From a bacterium (lineage in GTDB: Bacteria; SZUA-79; Acidulodesulfobacterales; Acidulodesulfobacteraceae), in contig DAHVNW010000008.1 in the NCBI GenBank assembly GCA_027319095.1, positions 1 through 53,819 on the forward strand: 53,819 bases of DNA, read 5' to 3'. The stretch's first letter is position 1. Every line of letters begins with the position of its first letter. Of this stretch, positions 1-10,103 are shown piece by piece. The notes beneath the pieces are model-generated. The model was not told where the DNA came from, searched no databases, and worked only from the letters and a program-made list of their open reading frames with translations. The position numbers and the translations under genes were made by a program.

Positions 1-332
1 AAATTTCCTGATTTTAAAGCGCCCAGAATAGGATTTTTATAAGTCTTGCGGTTTAATTTAAATGCTTTAAATTCAGCCATTTTTGCCGCAATAATAAGGT
101 GCACCTGATTTTTAGACAGATGCAGTTTCCTCTTGAGCATAAAAAGGTTAAACATCGCAACTTTCATAAACATTTTATGACGACGCATCATAAATTTTCG
201 ACACATAAAATTATTTCTTTGCATTGCGGAAGCGTTCCCCGTAAAATATGTTCCGGTAAAGATTAATATTGCCGAAAGCAATAAAAGAAACAAAACATTA
301 AATTTTTTAACTTTGCTTAGTTTCTGTTTCAT
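1..332 (-). CDS. Hypothetical secreted protein, 5'-complete but 3'-truncated by the window edge (N-terminus MKQKLSKVKKFNVLFLLLLSAILIFTG... signal-peptide-like)
   Basis: Manual reverse-complement translation from the ATG at 330-332 stays open to position 1. It has a hydrophobic N-terminus. It is absent from the ORF track because no stop lies within the window. Confidence 0.35.
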   Translation of the reverse strand, partial: MKQKLSKVKKFNVLFLLLLSAILIFTGTYFTGNASAMQRNNFMCRKFMMRRHKMFMKVAMFNLFMLKRKLHLSKNQVHLIIAAKMAEFKAFKLNRKTYKNPILGALKSGN

Positions 333-605
333 GATAGTTCCCCTTTTGATTTTTAAAGTTTGATTTATTTAATTTTTATGATTACGATAATAGCATTATT
401 TATTAAATGCATTATAAACCCTTTGTTAACGTATCAAAAAAATATCAAAGGAAGAATATATCCGGTTTATTTATTTTATTTTGCAGAAATAGCGGAAAAT
501 ACAGACGATTTAATAATTACCGTAAATAAACTTTATTTTGCAATAGAAGATTAGTTTTTGTCAGGCGTTCAGCTTGGCGTATAAACAGGAATGGCCGGCG
601 CTTTC

Positions 606-944
606 TTAAAGCAGGTCTTTTATAACTACAGCTTCGTTATGCTCCTCGTCTTTTGCGGCATATAGCAGCGTAACGGTTTCGTTATTTTGAATTATTTCCC
701 TAAGTTTATTAAGGACTTCGCCGTTAGCCGCTATCTCGCGGCTATATCTGTCTTGAAAATCGCTCCATTTTAGCGGGTCGTGTCCAAACCATTTTCGCAG
801 TTCGGCAGATGTGGCAATATCTTTTAGCCATAAGTCCAAAGCCGCTTTTTCCTTAGATATGCCCCTCGGCCACAACCTGTCGACAAGCACCCTGAATCCG
901 TCGCTTTTTTCCGCCTTATCATAAATCCGCTTGATTTTTATCAT
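606..944 (-). CDS. DUF488 (YeaO-like) family protein
   Basis: 112 aa; YeaO-like hallmarks RVLVDRLWPRGISKE...DLWLKDIA...LRKWFGHDP...TLLYAAKDEEHNEAVV. Confidence 0.7.
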   Translation of the reverse strand: MIKIKRIYDKAEKSDGFRVLVDRLWPRGISKEKAALDLWLKDIATSAELRKWFGHDPLKWSDFQDRYSREIAANGEVLNKLREIIQNNETVTLLYAAKDEEHNEAVVIKDLL

Positions 945-966
945 ATAATATCCGACGTAGTAATAG

Positions 967-1800
967 TTACGTATCGATATTGTCGAATTTTTTGGATTGT
1001 TTTTTTAAAATGTCGAATTGCCACGCAAGTTCCGTAACTATCTCGTTATTAGACGTTATAGTAATCTTTCCCAACAAGTCTTCCCTATGAGAAATTATTC
1101 CTATCGATAATTCTTCCGATATCGCAAAACTTGCGTACGGCAATATTTTATTTAAATCGTCTTTAAAAATATAAAATACTTCAATATTATTTTCTGCCTG
1201 TTCCGCCATAACCTCTTTCATTTTGGAAAAATCATCCTCGTTTTTCAAAATAAATATGCGTTCTATGAGGACGCCTTTTTTTGCCTGCTTGTAATTCATT
1301 TGAGCATGTTCGGAGACTTCCTTGCCGGATTTCCAATAAAAAGGTTCTATCAGATTGCTTGCAACCTTAAATGACTGGCCTGCCTTTAATTCGCTCACTA
1401 CAATAAATTTAGCGGCATAAATATCATGAAAGGTAAAATCGCCGCCTTTTTCGGCTTGTCTCAACAGTTTATGGATTTTTTCAAAATCGGAAAGAGCTAT
1501 TTTCGTGGCAATATCTGTTTTTTTCTTTTTAAGCCTGTTATATAGCATGATAGTTTCATTTACGGCTATTTGTTCTTTAAGGGAGAGTTCCAGCGACGGA
1601 AATGCAGCCTTTAGTCTTTTTTCGAGGCTGTCGATAGCTATTATCAATTCCGCAAAAATTGTAGCTAATGCGAATGCCAATACTATTACTATTTTTGTAG
1701 ATATCCTTAAATGAAAAAAAGCGCCTATCCAAAATGTCAGCACTATAAAAATAATGCCGAATAAACCGATAGATAGACGAAAAAATGTAGCTCTTGACAT
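967..1800 (-). CDS. Membrane protein, two N-terminal TM helices plus a cytoplasmic domain of unknown function
   Basis: 277 aa; hydrophobic segments at residues ~10-30 and ~35-58, then a charged soluble region. Lies directly downstream of the histidine kinase (HK) / response regulator (RR) operon on the same strand. Confidence 0.5.
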   Translation of the reverse strand: MSRATFFRLSIGLFGIIFIVLTFWIGAFFHLRISTKIVIVLAFALATIFAELIIAIDSLEKRLKAAFPSLELSLKEQIAVNETIMLYNRLKKKKTDIATKIALSDFEKIHKLLRQAEKGGDFTFHDIYAAKFIVVSELKAGQSFKVASNLIEPFYWKSGKEVSEHAQMNYKQAKKGVLIERIFILKNEDDFSKMKEVMAEQAENNIEVFYIFKDDLNKILPYASFAISEELSIGIISHREDLLGKITITSNNEIVTELAWQFDILKKQSKKFDNIDT

Positions 1801-1899
1801 TATAATCCATCAACCTTTTTTAAATTAATATAAATATTATTATATATATATAAAAAACTCATAATATGCATCTAAATAATTTAATCTATTCTTCCAATT

Positions 1900-3147
1900 T
1901 TATAATATTATCGGGTGAAGGTCTATCGAAAAAATATTTTCGTTCCGTATATATTTATACTCGATTTTTAAACCGTGTTCTTCGAATATCCGTTTTGTAA
2001 TATAAAGCCCGAGACCGAATCCGTCCTTATTTTTAATGTTTGCATCCTTTGAAAACGGTTCGAACATCATGCTTTCCGAAATAGCCGGTTTATTTCCAGC
2101 ATTTATAAAGCTTAAAATGCCGTTTCTTATGTGGACGGTTACTTTTTCGTTATCGCCGAATTTAATCGCGTTATCGATTAAATTTTTTACGGCTATACTT
2201 AGCAGTTCGAAGTCGGCTTTAACGGAGTAATTTCTGTCTGCCGTAACCTCGATATTTTTATCTCCGCCCTCGCTTTCGTTTACGAACAGAAACTCTTTGG
2301 CCCTATCTATAACGTCGTCAAGGTCGCAAAGGGTTAAATTTAATTCCCTGTTTCCCGCCGCAATTTTTTCGGACGAAAATAGTTCGTTTATGAGAGTTTC
2401 CATTCTCGTGAAAATATCCGCAAACACTTTTTTCCTGTTTTCGTCCTCGTTTTTTAGCAGTTCCAAGGCAATTTTTCCTTTTGTAATGGGCGTTTTTAAT
2501 TCATGTGCTATATTTCTGATAAACCAGGTTCTCGCATTGAGAGTTTTTTTTACGCTGTCCACGGCCTCTTTAAATTCTTTAGCGATGTAGCCGATTTCGT
2601 CCTTTCTGCCGGTATATGCGTCTAAATTTACGTCGACGTCGCCGTTTTTAAATGCTTCTATTTTATTCCTAAGCCCGCTAAGAGGGCGTATAGAGCGGTA
2701 TATGCTTATATAAAGAAGAATAAGAAGAAAACATAGGCTTAAAGCTATAGCTAACAAAATTTCCTGCCTGTAATATGCCCCGCTGTTTCTTTTTAATAAA
2801 AAATCGCTGCGCCCGGTTTTTGATTTTAAGTATATATATTCGATTCCTTTAAACAGCAGGAGCGATAATGTATATTTAAGACGCGGCGGTTTTCTTTTTA
2901 AAAGGAGTTTTCCGCTTTCTAAAATTTTCAGTACGGTTTTTTTATTATTTATAATGTGTATTCCCAGAAACTTGCCGTCCCCCCATTTATTTTTTTTTGC
3001 TAAAAAGACGGTTTTTCTAATGAAATGAAAAGTTTCGATACGCGTTACTATCCTGTATGCAAAAAAAATAGAGAATAGAAGAATAATAAAAATCAATAAA
3101 AAAGCGATGTTTATTTTAAACAGTATGGAATGGATGTTAATCTTCAT
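1900..3147 (-). CDS. Sensor histidine kinase (2 TM, HAMP, HisKA, HATPase_c); candidate PhoR-like
   Basis: H-box FIRNIAHELKTPIT; ATP-lid NLIDNAIKFG...GFGLGLYITKRIFEEHG; two TM segments flanking a ~90-aa extracytoplasmic loop. Its start overlaps the RR stop by 11 bp. Confidence 0.85.
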   Translation of the reverse strand: MKINIHSILFKINIAFLLIFIILLFSIFFAYRIVTRIETFHFIRKTVFLAKKNKWGDGKFLGIHIINNKKTVLKILESGKLLLKRKPPRLKYTLSLLLFKGIEYIYLKSKTGRSDFLLKRNSGAYYRQEILLAIALSLCFLLILLYISIYRSIRPLSGLRNKIEAFKNGDVDVNLDAYTGRKDEIGYIAKEFKEAVDSVKKTLNARTWFIRNIAHELKTPITKGKIALELLKNEDENRKKVFADIFTRMETLINELFSSEKIAAGNRELNLTLCDLDDVIDRAKEFLFVNESEGGDKNIEVTADRNYSVKADFELLSIAVKNLIDNAIKFGDNEKVTVHIRNGILSFINAGNKPAISESMMFEPFSKDANIKNKDGFGLGLYITKRIFEEHGLKIEYKYIRNENIFSIDLHPIIL

Positions 3148-3817
3148 AAAATTTATATCCGTAACCCCTGATTGACTTAATATATATTGGATTTTTAGGG
3201 TCGTCGCCTATTTTCTTTCTAATTCTTCCTATTAAAACGTCCACGCTCCTGTCGATGCTTTCGTAGCTCATGGTTTTAATGTTTTCTAAGATAAAATCCC
3301 GTGTAATTACGCTGCCCCTGTTTTTATACAGTATAAGGAACAGTTCGTATTCGGCGGACGTTAAATCCAAGGTTTCGCCGGCTTTTTTTATTGCCATTTT
3401 ACCTTCGTCTATTTCAAAAAGATTCGTTTTGCCTTTTCCTCCGTTTTTCCTCCTGATTAGAGACCTTATCCGCGCCACTAATTCGCGCGGGTTATAAGGT
3501 TTAGCGACATAATCGTCGGCGCCTATTTCGAGTCCTGCAACTATGTCCGAATAATCGCCCCTTGCGGAAGATATAATGATAGGTATGCCGGAGGTGCGTG
3601 AAACGGTTTTGCAAATCTCTAAACCGTCCATATCCGGAAGAGTAAGGTCCAATATTAAAACGTCGAATCCCCCATTTTTTTTACTTATTGCGCCTAAACC
3701 TTCCGAGGCGTTTTCGAAATTCGTAAGTTCTATATTAAACCGATTTAGATATTCTTTTAAAAGTTCGGCGATTTCCCTATCGTCTTCTATCATTACGGCT
3801 TTTATCATATTTTCCAT
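3137..3817 (-). CDS. OmpR/PhoB-family response regulator (receiver + winged helix)
   Basis: Receiver motifs (VMIEDD, DVLILDLTLPDMDG, K in YVAKP) and a winged-helix C-terminus (YIKSIRGYGYKF). Operon with the HK and divergent from Pho-box copy 1. Confidence 0.9.
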   Translation of the reverse strand: MENMIKAVMIEDDREIAELLKEYLNRFNIELTNFENASEGLGAISKKNGGFDVLILDLTLPDMDGLEICKTVSRTSGIPIIISSARGDYSDIVAGLEIGADDYVAKPYNPRELVARIRSLIRRKNGGKGKTNLFEIDEGKMAIKKAGETLDLTSAEYELFLILYKNRGSVITRDFILENIKTMSYESIDRSVDVLIGRIRKKIGDDPKNPIYIKSIRGYGYKFYED

Positions 3818-3924
3818 AAATTTATATATATATTTTTTATTATATTATAATTATAGCGGGATAATGTAAACGAATAATAAATATATTATGAATAAGCAAA
3901 AAGGTATCGATGCAAAAATCGAGT

Positions 3925-3979
3925 GTTACAAAAATTTAACATAAATGTCATAAAAATGTAACATTAATTTGATAAAATT
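3925..3979 (+). promoter_or_regulatory. Pho-box-like array copy 1: five tandem 11-bp units (GTTACAaaaat TTAACAtaaat GTCATAaaaat GTAACAttaat TTGATAaaatt), last unit overlapping a TGnTAAAAT extended -10
   Basis: Direct 11-bp periodicity read from the sequence. It is one of eight near-identical copies in the window. It resembles E. coli Pho-box half-sites (TGTCATA + 4 bp). Confidence 0.6.
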
Positions 3980-4062
3980 ATAAAGTAATAAAAAATTAAA
4001 TAAGCGCGTCAAGTAAATCGGCGTTAAATAATTTAGTTAAATAAATTATTTGGAGCAGTCAT

Positions 4063-4407
4063 ATGGAAGATTTGTCCGAATCATTTCAAAATTCCTTTAT
4101 GAATGAAGCGCAATACTTAAATAATAGCAAAATGGATAACGGTAAGGTCGCAGGCGTTGATTCGCCCGCCGCTTCCTCTGACATAAAGCCTTCGGCTTCA
4201 CAAACGTCTGACTGCGCATGCGGGAGAGTTCCTAAAAAATGCGCGATAACCGTAGAATGCGGGTGCAGGGAAAGTAACTTTTATATCCTGCTGACCGGGA
4301 AAGATATCGAAAACATATATGACAAGTTAATTAAAAAGTGCCCTTTATGCGGTTTTCCGACGACGGTTACTTTCGATTTCAGAGTTTCAACCATAACTGA
4401 ATATTAA
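4063..4407 (+). CDS. Small Cys-rich (zinc-ribbon-like) protein, paralog of 13845..14111
   Basis: The C-terminal ~50 aa (KKCAITVECGCRESNFYILLTGKDIENIYDKLIKKCPLCGFPTTVTFDF) aligns with the 13845 product (KNCVMNVKCSCEENNFNVLVSEEDVSRVYDRFAKKCINCGQPIKITFKF). Sits downstream of Pho-box copy 1. Confidence 0.55.
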   Translation: MEDLSESFQNSFMNEAQYLNNSKMDNGKVAGVDSPAASSDIKPSASQTSDCACGRVPKKCAITVECGCRESNFYILLTGKDIENIYDKLIKKCPLCGFPTTVTFDFRVSTITEY

Positions 4408-4532
4408 TATGGGCAAAAGTTAAGAGTGCAATTGCGGAACGTTTAGCATATCGCTTGAAAGGTTTCATCCGGCTATACATGAGATAAATAGATATTCGAC
4501 GATATAATTATTATATAATCTAAGGTTATCCC

Positions 4533-5387
4533 ATGCATGACGAGAAAGACCATATATTGACCTCTAAGAATACCATTTCGCATATAAAACTGCCGGCTTT
4601 ATATGAAAGCGAGCCGGCTTTTTCCGTAGTATTCGTAATAGGCATGCATAGGAGCGGAACGTCTCTTACTACCCGCATCGTGAATATAGCCGGATATACG
4701 ATTGGAAATTCTGCGGATATAATAGGACCGGATTCTGGCAATCCTACAGGATATTGGGAGCATCGTTCATTTGTTTCGCTTAATAGAAAAATAATTGCAT
4801 GCTATTTAATGCCGAAATTTTTATCCGCGCTCTTTTTTTCTAAACTTAAAAAGAAGGCGGTCGAATTGATTTCGAGTTTTAAAGATTGTCGCAAAATAGC
4901 TTTAAAGGACCCTATCGCTTCCATAACGCTGCCGTTTTGGATTAGTGCGGTCAGAGAGGCTCTGCCGGAAAGGGACGTTAAAATACTTGTTATAATATGT
5001 GTTCGCAATCCGCTCGACGTTTCTAAATCACTGCAAAACAGAGGTTTGATTATAACGAAAATTAATTGCGGCCTCTGGGAAAAATATATTTCGTCAGCTT
5101 TTAAAAATTCCGAAGGGTTGCCGAGGCACGTAGTTCATTACGAGAATTATTTCGATGGCGAATGCGATAACTTGATAAATAACTTAAGCTCTTTTCTGGG
5201 GATAAATTTAACTGTGGAGCAAGCCTTATGGATTAAAAGTTTTATCGACCCTAATTTAAGGGAAAGCGACATAGGCGACGGCATATGGAGAAGCAATCTT
5301 TCTATAGGTGCGAAGCAATTATATTTAAACCTGCTAAAGCAAAAAAATAAGAGAATAAAAAATAACGGTATGTTGAATTTAACATAG
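4533..5387 (+). CDS. Sulfotransferase-family protein (PAPS-binding 5'-PSB GMHRSGTS and 3'-PB RNPLDVSKS motifs)
   Basis: 284 aa; both sulfotransferase signature motifs are visible in the translation. Confidence 0.6.
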   Translation: MHDEKDHILTSKNTISHIKLPALYESEPAFSVVFVIGMHRSGTSLTTRIVNIAGYTIGNSADIIGPDSGNPTGYWEHRSFVSLNRKIIACYLMPKFLSALFFSKLKKKAVELISSFKDCRKIALKDPIASITLPFWISAVREALPERDVKILVIICVRNPLDVSKSLQNRGLIITKINCGLWEKYISSAFKNSEGLPRHVVHYENYFDGECDNLINNLSSFLGINLTVEQALWIKSFIDPNLRESDIGDGIWRSNLSIGAKQLYLNLLKQKNKRIKNNGMLNLT

Positions 5388-5423
5388 CTAAATCAAAATA
5401 ATCGGAATAATTATAATATTTAA

Positions 5424-5681
5424 ATGCGAAGAGGTTCTATTATGATAAACTTTAAGGAATTTTATAACGAAGAAAACCAGATAAGAGGGTGGATGTTTGC
5501 ACCAGAGGATTACGATACTGTTTTTGTCATAGGCAATATCAGCGAAGACGAAATACAGGACGCGATAGAAGACGATTATTGCGACGTCGTCAGATGCGAA
5601 AAGTATGTCGTGGAAAGCTGGAATATTCCCGAAGAAATCTTGGAAGAAATCGAAGCGGATAGCGGAAATGACATGGAATAA
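5424..5681 (+). CDS. Small acidic hypothetical protein
   Basis: 85-aa ORF, D/E-rich. The start may be the internal Met at 5442. Confidence 0.35.
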   Translation: MRRGSIMINFKEFYNEENQIRGWMFAPEDYDTVFVIGNISEDEIQDAIEDDYCDVVRCEKYVVESWNIPEEILEEIEADSGNDME

Positions 5682-5765
5682 TAATAAAATAGAGGCATCG
5701 ATAACAACCGTATCTAATTTTAATTCTTATATGGTTAATTCTTATTTCTAAGAAAGATAACGTCC

Positions 5766-5892
5766 AAAATTGCCGATAGAAAATTATTTTTCCCGATTTT
5801 AATTTTTAACCTATCCGGTTTCGTTCCCGCCTACGTGGTAATCCAGTGTTTATATATACGAAGCTATTTAAAAATTCCCATAGGCAATTTTG
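5766..5892. repeat. Inverted-repeat element A (left arm CAAAATTGCCGATAGAAAATTATTTTTC, right arm TTCCCATAGGCAATTTTG), upstream of the polyphosphate operon
   Basis: The 28-bp left arm is identical to 26111..26138. Arms are inverted copies about 18 bp long and ~80 bp apart. Confidence 0.6.
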
Positions 5893-5952
5893 TGATGACA
5901 TTGTAAAATTTATTAAATTAATATAATATGAAAAAATGGAGGGAAGCGGGCT

Positions 5953-6969
5953 ATGCCGAAAAAATCGTTAAATGAGGCAGATAAAAAAATGTCTGCGCCG
6001 GAGTTAATCTTTAAGATATTATTTTCCTTGACCGATAAAATAAAAAGCGATATTCCGGGAGTTATCGACGGGAAAAACGGCGATGCCCTCCATAATTTAA
6101 GGGTGAGGGCCAGGAGGATAAAAATTTTATTTAAGATATTCGGAAAATACCTGAGCGAAGACGGAATTACGTTCAAGAGGAAGTTTTCCAAGATAATGAA
6201 AGAGACTCAGCAAAAAAGAGATTTAGACGTTCTTTTTAGCTCGTTAAATTCCTGCATAAATAACGATAACGATAACGTTAGTGCCGAAGCCGCCAATAAT
6301 ACGGCTGCAAAAGATAAGGACGAGGACGGAGAAAAGAAAGGGGACGCGAACGCGGGCGCGGATGAAAACGTAAACGACAAAAAAGAAATAGTATCGGATA
6401 TCTTAAAAGAAATCGAGCTTGAGCAGGACAGGATGTTGTCTTTTCTCGGTTCCCGCGAATTCAACGGCTTTCTGCAGGACTGGGAAGAAGCCGTTTCAAA
6501 AGGCGTATTGTTTGCAGGCGATATATCCGACGCTTGTCCCGCCGAATATTTTTCTTTTAAGATAAATAAAATTTACAAGAAATTGCGAAAGTTTATTAAA
6601 AACGCTTCTTTCGACGACGAAGAATTGCACGAGTTAAGGCTGATTTTTAAGGAATTCAGATATACCCTCGAGTTTTCTGGCGGAACGTTTAAAGAAGATA
6701 TACCGTCTATAATTATAGAGGACGTAAAAAAAATTCAAGACGCGCTCGGAGGCGCCCACGATAAAATCTTTCAAATAAGCTATTTGAAGAAATTCGATGG
6801 CGGCAAAGAAATCAGGAAAGATATAAAAAAATCCCTCGAAAAAGACAGGGAAAAAGTCGTAAAATTGGCAGAAAAATTCAGGGAAGACGACAGGATAAAG
6901 TCTTTTATATACTCGCTGAGCGAATATAGTCGAAAACAAAATTCAAAACAAAATTATAATAAAGGTTAA
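5953..6969 (+). CDS. CHAD-domain protein (polyphosphate-granule associated)
   Basis: Conserved-His alpha-helical pattern (ALHNLRVRARRIKILFKIF..., HELRLIFKEFRYTLEF). Operon context with ppx/ppk. Confidence 0.65.
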   Translation: MPKKSLNEADKKMSAPELIFKILFSLTDKIKSDIPGVIDGKNGDALHNLRVRARRIKILFKIFGKYLSEDGITFKRKFSKIMKETQQKRDLDVLFSSLNSCINNDNDNVSAEAANNTAAKDKDEDGEKKGDANAGADENVNDKKEIVSDILKEIELEQDRMLSFLGSREFNGFLQDWEEAVSKGVLFAGDISDACPAEYFSFKINKIYKKLRKFIKNASFDDEELHELRLIFKEFRYTLEFSGGTFKEDIPSIIIEDVKKIQDALGGAHDKIFQISYLKKFDGGKEIRKDIKKSLEKDREKVVKLAEKFREDDRIKSFIYSLSEYSRKQNSKQNYNKG

Positions 6970-6972
6970 GCA

Positions 6973-8496
6973 TTGGAATTATTAAATAAATTTGCGACGA
7001 TAGATATGGGGAGCAATTCAGTAAAGCTTCAAATCGTCGAGGCAAATGGAAGCAATTGCGCTATTTTACAGGAATATAAGGAAACGTTAAGGATAGGCGA
7101 CGACTGTTTCAGATTCGGTTATATAACGGATGAGTCCAAAGAAAGGCTTTTTAAAGCGCTCAAGTTCGTCAAGAAAATCATAGAATTGCACCACGTAACT
7201 GAAGTTAAGGCTGTCGGAACGGCGGCTTTCAGAGAGGCAAAAAACAAGGAAGAGATAACGCTCGATATTAAAAAAAACTACGATATAGACTTAGATATAA
7301 TAAGCGGAATGGAAGAAGCAAGACTATCTTACTTAGCCGTTTCAAGAGAATTAGACCTTAAAGAATCGAATGCTTTAATATTGGATATAGGCGGCGGAAG
7401 CGCAGAATTTACGATAGTAAAGGGGGGGAAGGTAACGGCGTTCGAAAGTACTCCTCTTGGCAGTTTAAGGCTTAAAAACGAATTTAGGGACGAAATATCG
7501 GAAATAAAAAGTTATATAATGAAAGAACTTTCCCGGTTCGAAGGTTTTCGAGCGGAATATGCCGTCTGCATGGGCGGAAGCGTAAACGGTCTCGCCTCCG
7601 TTTATTTAAGGCGCGTTAACGGAAAAAAAACAGATTTCCGGATAAATTACGTAGATGGCAGTTTTTTAAAAAATTTTATCGAGGTTAATAAAAATGCCGC
7701 GGTAACCGATATGGAAAAAATAGCGGGAGTTGATCCGAAAAAGGCGGATATTATTCTTCCTTCCGCAGTAATACTTAACGAAATAATTAATTATTTTGGT
7801 TTAGACGGCTTTTATTCGTTTTCCGGCGGACTAAAAAGGGGCTTGTTGATAGATATTTTAAGTAAAAAGGGGTTTAATATGACCGTCCAAAAAAAATCCA
7901 GCGAAGAAAAAGAAGCAGATATGATTCTTTGGCTTACCGAAATCGGCAGAGAGTTCAAATTCGACGAAAATCATGCAAAACATGTTGCTTTTTTGTCGAA
8001 AGAGATTTTCTGTGCTCTTAAAGAAGCGTTAAACCTGAAAACGGAATATATTAACTATCTGATAGCGGCTGCAATGTTACACGACATAGGGAATTTTATT
8101 TCGTTTTCAAAGCACCACAAGCATTCGTTTTATCTTATAAAAAACATCGAGTTGCCGGGTTATAGCTGGTACGAAAGGGGCATTATAGCAAATATAGCAA
8201 GATACCACAGAAAAAGCCTTCCCAAAAAAAGCCATGATTTATATTCGGACGTCAAGGCCGAAGATATAGATGCGGTAGAGAAGCTGGCCTCGATACTCAG
8301 GCTTGCGGATGCGCTCGATAGTAGCCATAGCGGAATCATAAAAAACGTGAAGCTGTATGTTTCCAATAAAAGTATTTACATAAATCCGGCATCGGGCGGG
8401 GATATATCCTTTGAAGCCGAATCCTTCGACGCCAAAAAAGACCTGATGGAAAAGATTGCGGGAAAGCCCGTTTATCTCGAACTTAAAACTGCATGA
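6973..8496 (+). CDS. ppx: Exopolyphosphatase / guanosine pentaphosphatase (Ppx/GppA) with C-terminal HD domain
   Basis: N-terminal ASKHA fold (IDMGSNSVKLQIVE, LDIGGGSAEF). HD motif (MLHDIGNFISFSKHHKHS). Its stop overlaps the next start (ATGA). Confidence 0.8.
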   Translation: MELLNKFATIDMGSNSVKLQIVEANGSNCAILQEYKETLRIGDDCFRFGYITDESKERLFKALKFVKKIIELHHVTEVKAVGTAAFREAKNKEEITLDIKKNYDIDLDIISGMEEARLSYLAVSRELDLKESNALILDIGGGSAEFTIVKGGKVTAFESTPLGSLRLKNEFRDEISEIKSYIMKELSRFEGFRAEYAVCMGGSVNGLASVYLRRVNGKKTDFRINYVDGSFLKNFIEVNKNAAVTDMEKIAGVDPKKADIILPSAVILNEIINYFGLDGFYSFSGGLKRGLLIDILSKKGFNMTVQKKSSEEKEADMILWLTEIGREFKFDENHAKHVAFLSKEIFCALKEALNLKTEYINYLIAAAMLHDIGNFISFSKHHKHSFYLIKNIELPGYSWYERGIIANIARYHRKSLPKKSHDLYSDVKAEDIDAVEKLASILRLADALDSSHSGIIKNVKLYVSNKSIYINPASGGDISFEAESFDAKKDLMEKIAGKPVYLELKTA

Positions 8497-10103
8497 ACGA
8501 AAAAATTTTCTGCGTTATAGACGTCGGAGCCGGAAGCATAAGATGTCAGATTTCCGAAATTATACCAGTCCTTAAGCATCGCGTAAAAACGTTGGAGTAT
8601 ATAATTTTTCCTTTAAGTATCGGGATGGATACGTTCCTTAAAGGGTATATAGCTTTAGATACCGTTTATCTTGCGGCGGACATTTTCAATAAAATCAAGC
8701 TGAAATTCAAAGAATACAAAATACCGGAAAAAAATTACAGGGCGGTTTGCACGAGCGCCGTCAGAGACGCTGAAAACAAGCAGTTTTTCATTAACCATAT
8801 AAGGGTGAGGACGGGTATAGAACTGGAGATAATCGACGTAAACGACGAACTTTACATAAAATATCTCGGCATAAGCGAAACGCTTAAAGGGTTTAAAAAA
8901 ATGGAAAGCAGGGGAGCCGTATTGGTAAATCTTTCCAGCGGAAACGTCGGAATCAATATCCGGAAAAATAAAATCAGCCTTTTTTCGTCTACTCTTCCGT
9001 TCGGGGCGCTAAGAATTTTTCAACTCTTTAGCGACATAGAAGAAAGGGTTAAATACAGGGCATACGAGCAGTATATAAATAAATTAATCCTGCTCTTAAA
9101 AAAAAGCTGCGGCGATTACGGAAAAATATCGACAGTGGTCGGCTCGGATACCTCTACCGGACTATTGTTAAAAATATTCAATCCGGAAGGAAATTATTTC
9201 GATATATCGAGTCTGGTAAATCTTTATTCGGAAATAAAAACCATGTCTGCTGAAGAAATTAGCGCCAGACTGCCGATAAACGATTACGATGCTAAAATTT
9301 TAAAGCCGGTTTTATATCTTTATATTTCAATAATGAAATCGGTCGGGGCAAGGAAGCTTTATTTTTCCAATCAAAATTTTTCCGAACAGCTGACGCACTT
9401 TTATATCAAAAAAACCAAAGAAAAAAAATTTAATAAAAAACTCGTTAACTATTTTTTTTATTACGGAAAAAAATTTAATTTCGACGATAAGCATGCCAAA
9501 CAGGTCCTTTTATTCGCAAAGGAAATAGCGAGGTCATTAAAAAATATCCTTGCCATGAAGCCGCAGGAGCGAATCGTCCTTTCGGGAGCTTCGATCCTTC
9601 ACGACATAGGGTATTATACCAATATACGCGAACATAACGAGCATTCATACAGAATAGTAAACTCTTTGAATATACCTGGTTTGGACAGGGAAATGCTCGA
9701 GAATATCGCTATTTGCACATATTTTCACAGAAACGGGGATTATGCGGCGTCTAAAGGAACGGCGGGGTCTGAGTGGCATGCTAGGGACGGAATAAGCCGC
9801 ATTTTAAGCAATGCTCCTGGCGGCGGGGTAGGTGCCAAAATAGCCGCAAGCATTAGTCCGGAAAGAGAACTTACGATAAAAAAGATAGTTTCCATACTTA
9901 AGATAGCGGATGCTCTCGACGCAAGCCATATGCAGCTAATAAACGGCATAGACGTCGATGTACTTGACAAGGCTGTAAAGATAACGGCGGCAGCTTCCAT
10001 TAATCCGTTCCTCGAAATAAAAATATTTAAATTAAAATCCAACGATTTTCTCGAAACGTTTGGAATACCCGTCGAACTTACCGTAAAACTCGATTATGAA
10101 TAG
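8493..10103 (+). CDS. Second Ppx/GppA-HD family phosphatase (tandem paralog)
   Basis: IDVGAGSIRCQI N-terminus; HD motif ILHDIGYYTNIREHNEHSY. Overlaps ppk1 by 8 bp. Confidence 0.75.
   Translation: MNEKIFCVIDVGAGSIRCQISEIIPVLKHRVKTLEYIIFPLSIGMDTFLKGYIALDTVYLAADIFNKIKLKFKEYKIPEKNYRAVCTSAVRDAENKQFFINHIRVRTGIELEIIDVNDELYIKYLGISETLKGFKKMESRGAVLVNLSSGNVGINIRKNKISLFSSTLPFGALRIFQLFSDIEERVKYRAYEQYINKLILLLKKSCGDYGKISTVVGSDTSTGLLLKIFNPEGNYFDISSLVNLYSEIKTMSAEEISARLPINDYDAKILKPVLYLYISIMKSVGARKLYFSNQNFSEQLTHFYIKKTKEKKFNKKLVNYFFYYGKKFNFDDKHAKQVLLFAKEIARSLKNILAMKPQERIVLSGASILHDIGYYTNIREHNEHSYRIVNSLNIPGLDREMLENIAICTYFHRNGDYAASKGTAGSEWHARDGISRILSNAPGGGVGAKIAASISPERELTIKKIVSILKIADALDASHMQLINGIDVDVLDKAVKITAAASINPFLEIKIFKLKSNDFLETFGIPVELTVKLDYE

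Noticed and set aside
360-554. 64-aa + strand ORF
   Set aside because: AT-rich intergenic reading frame with no Shine-Dalgarno sequence or homology; likely spurious.
1505-1813. Short ORFs on both strands inside the 967..1800 membrane-protein gene
   Set aside because: Embedded in or antisense to a longer, better-supported CDS.
2036-2590. Two + strand ORFs inside the histidine kinase gene
   Set aside because: Antisense to a gene with clear kinase motifs.
3270-3869. + strand ORFs inside the response regulator gene
   Set aside because: Antisense shadow ORFs.
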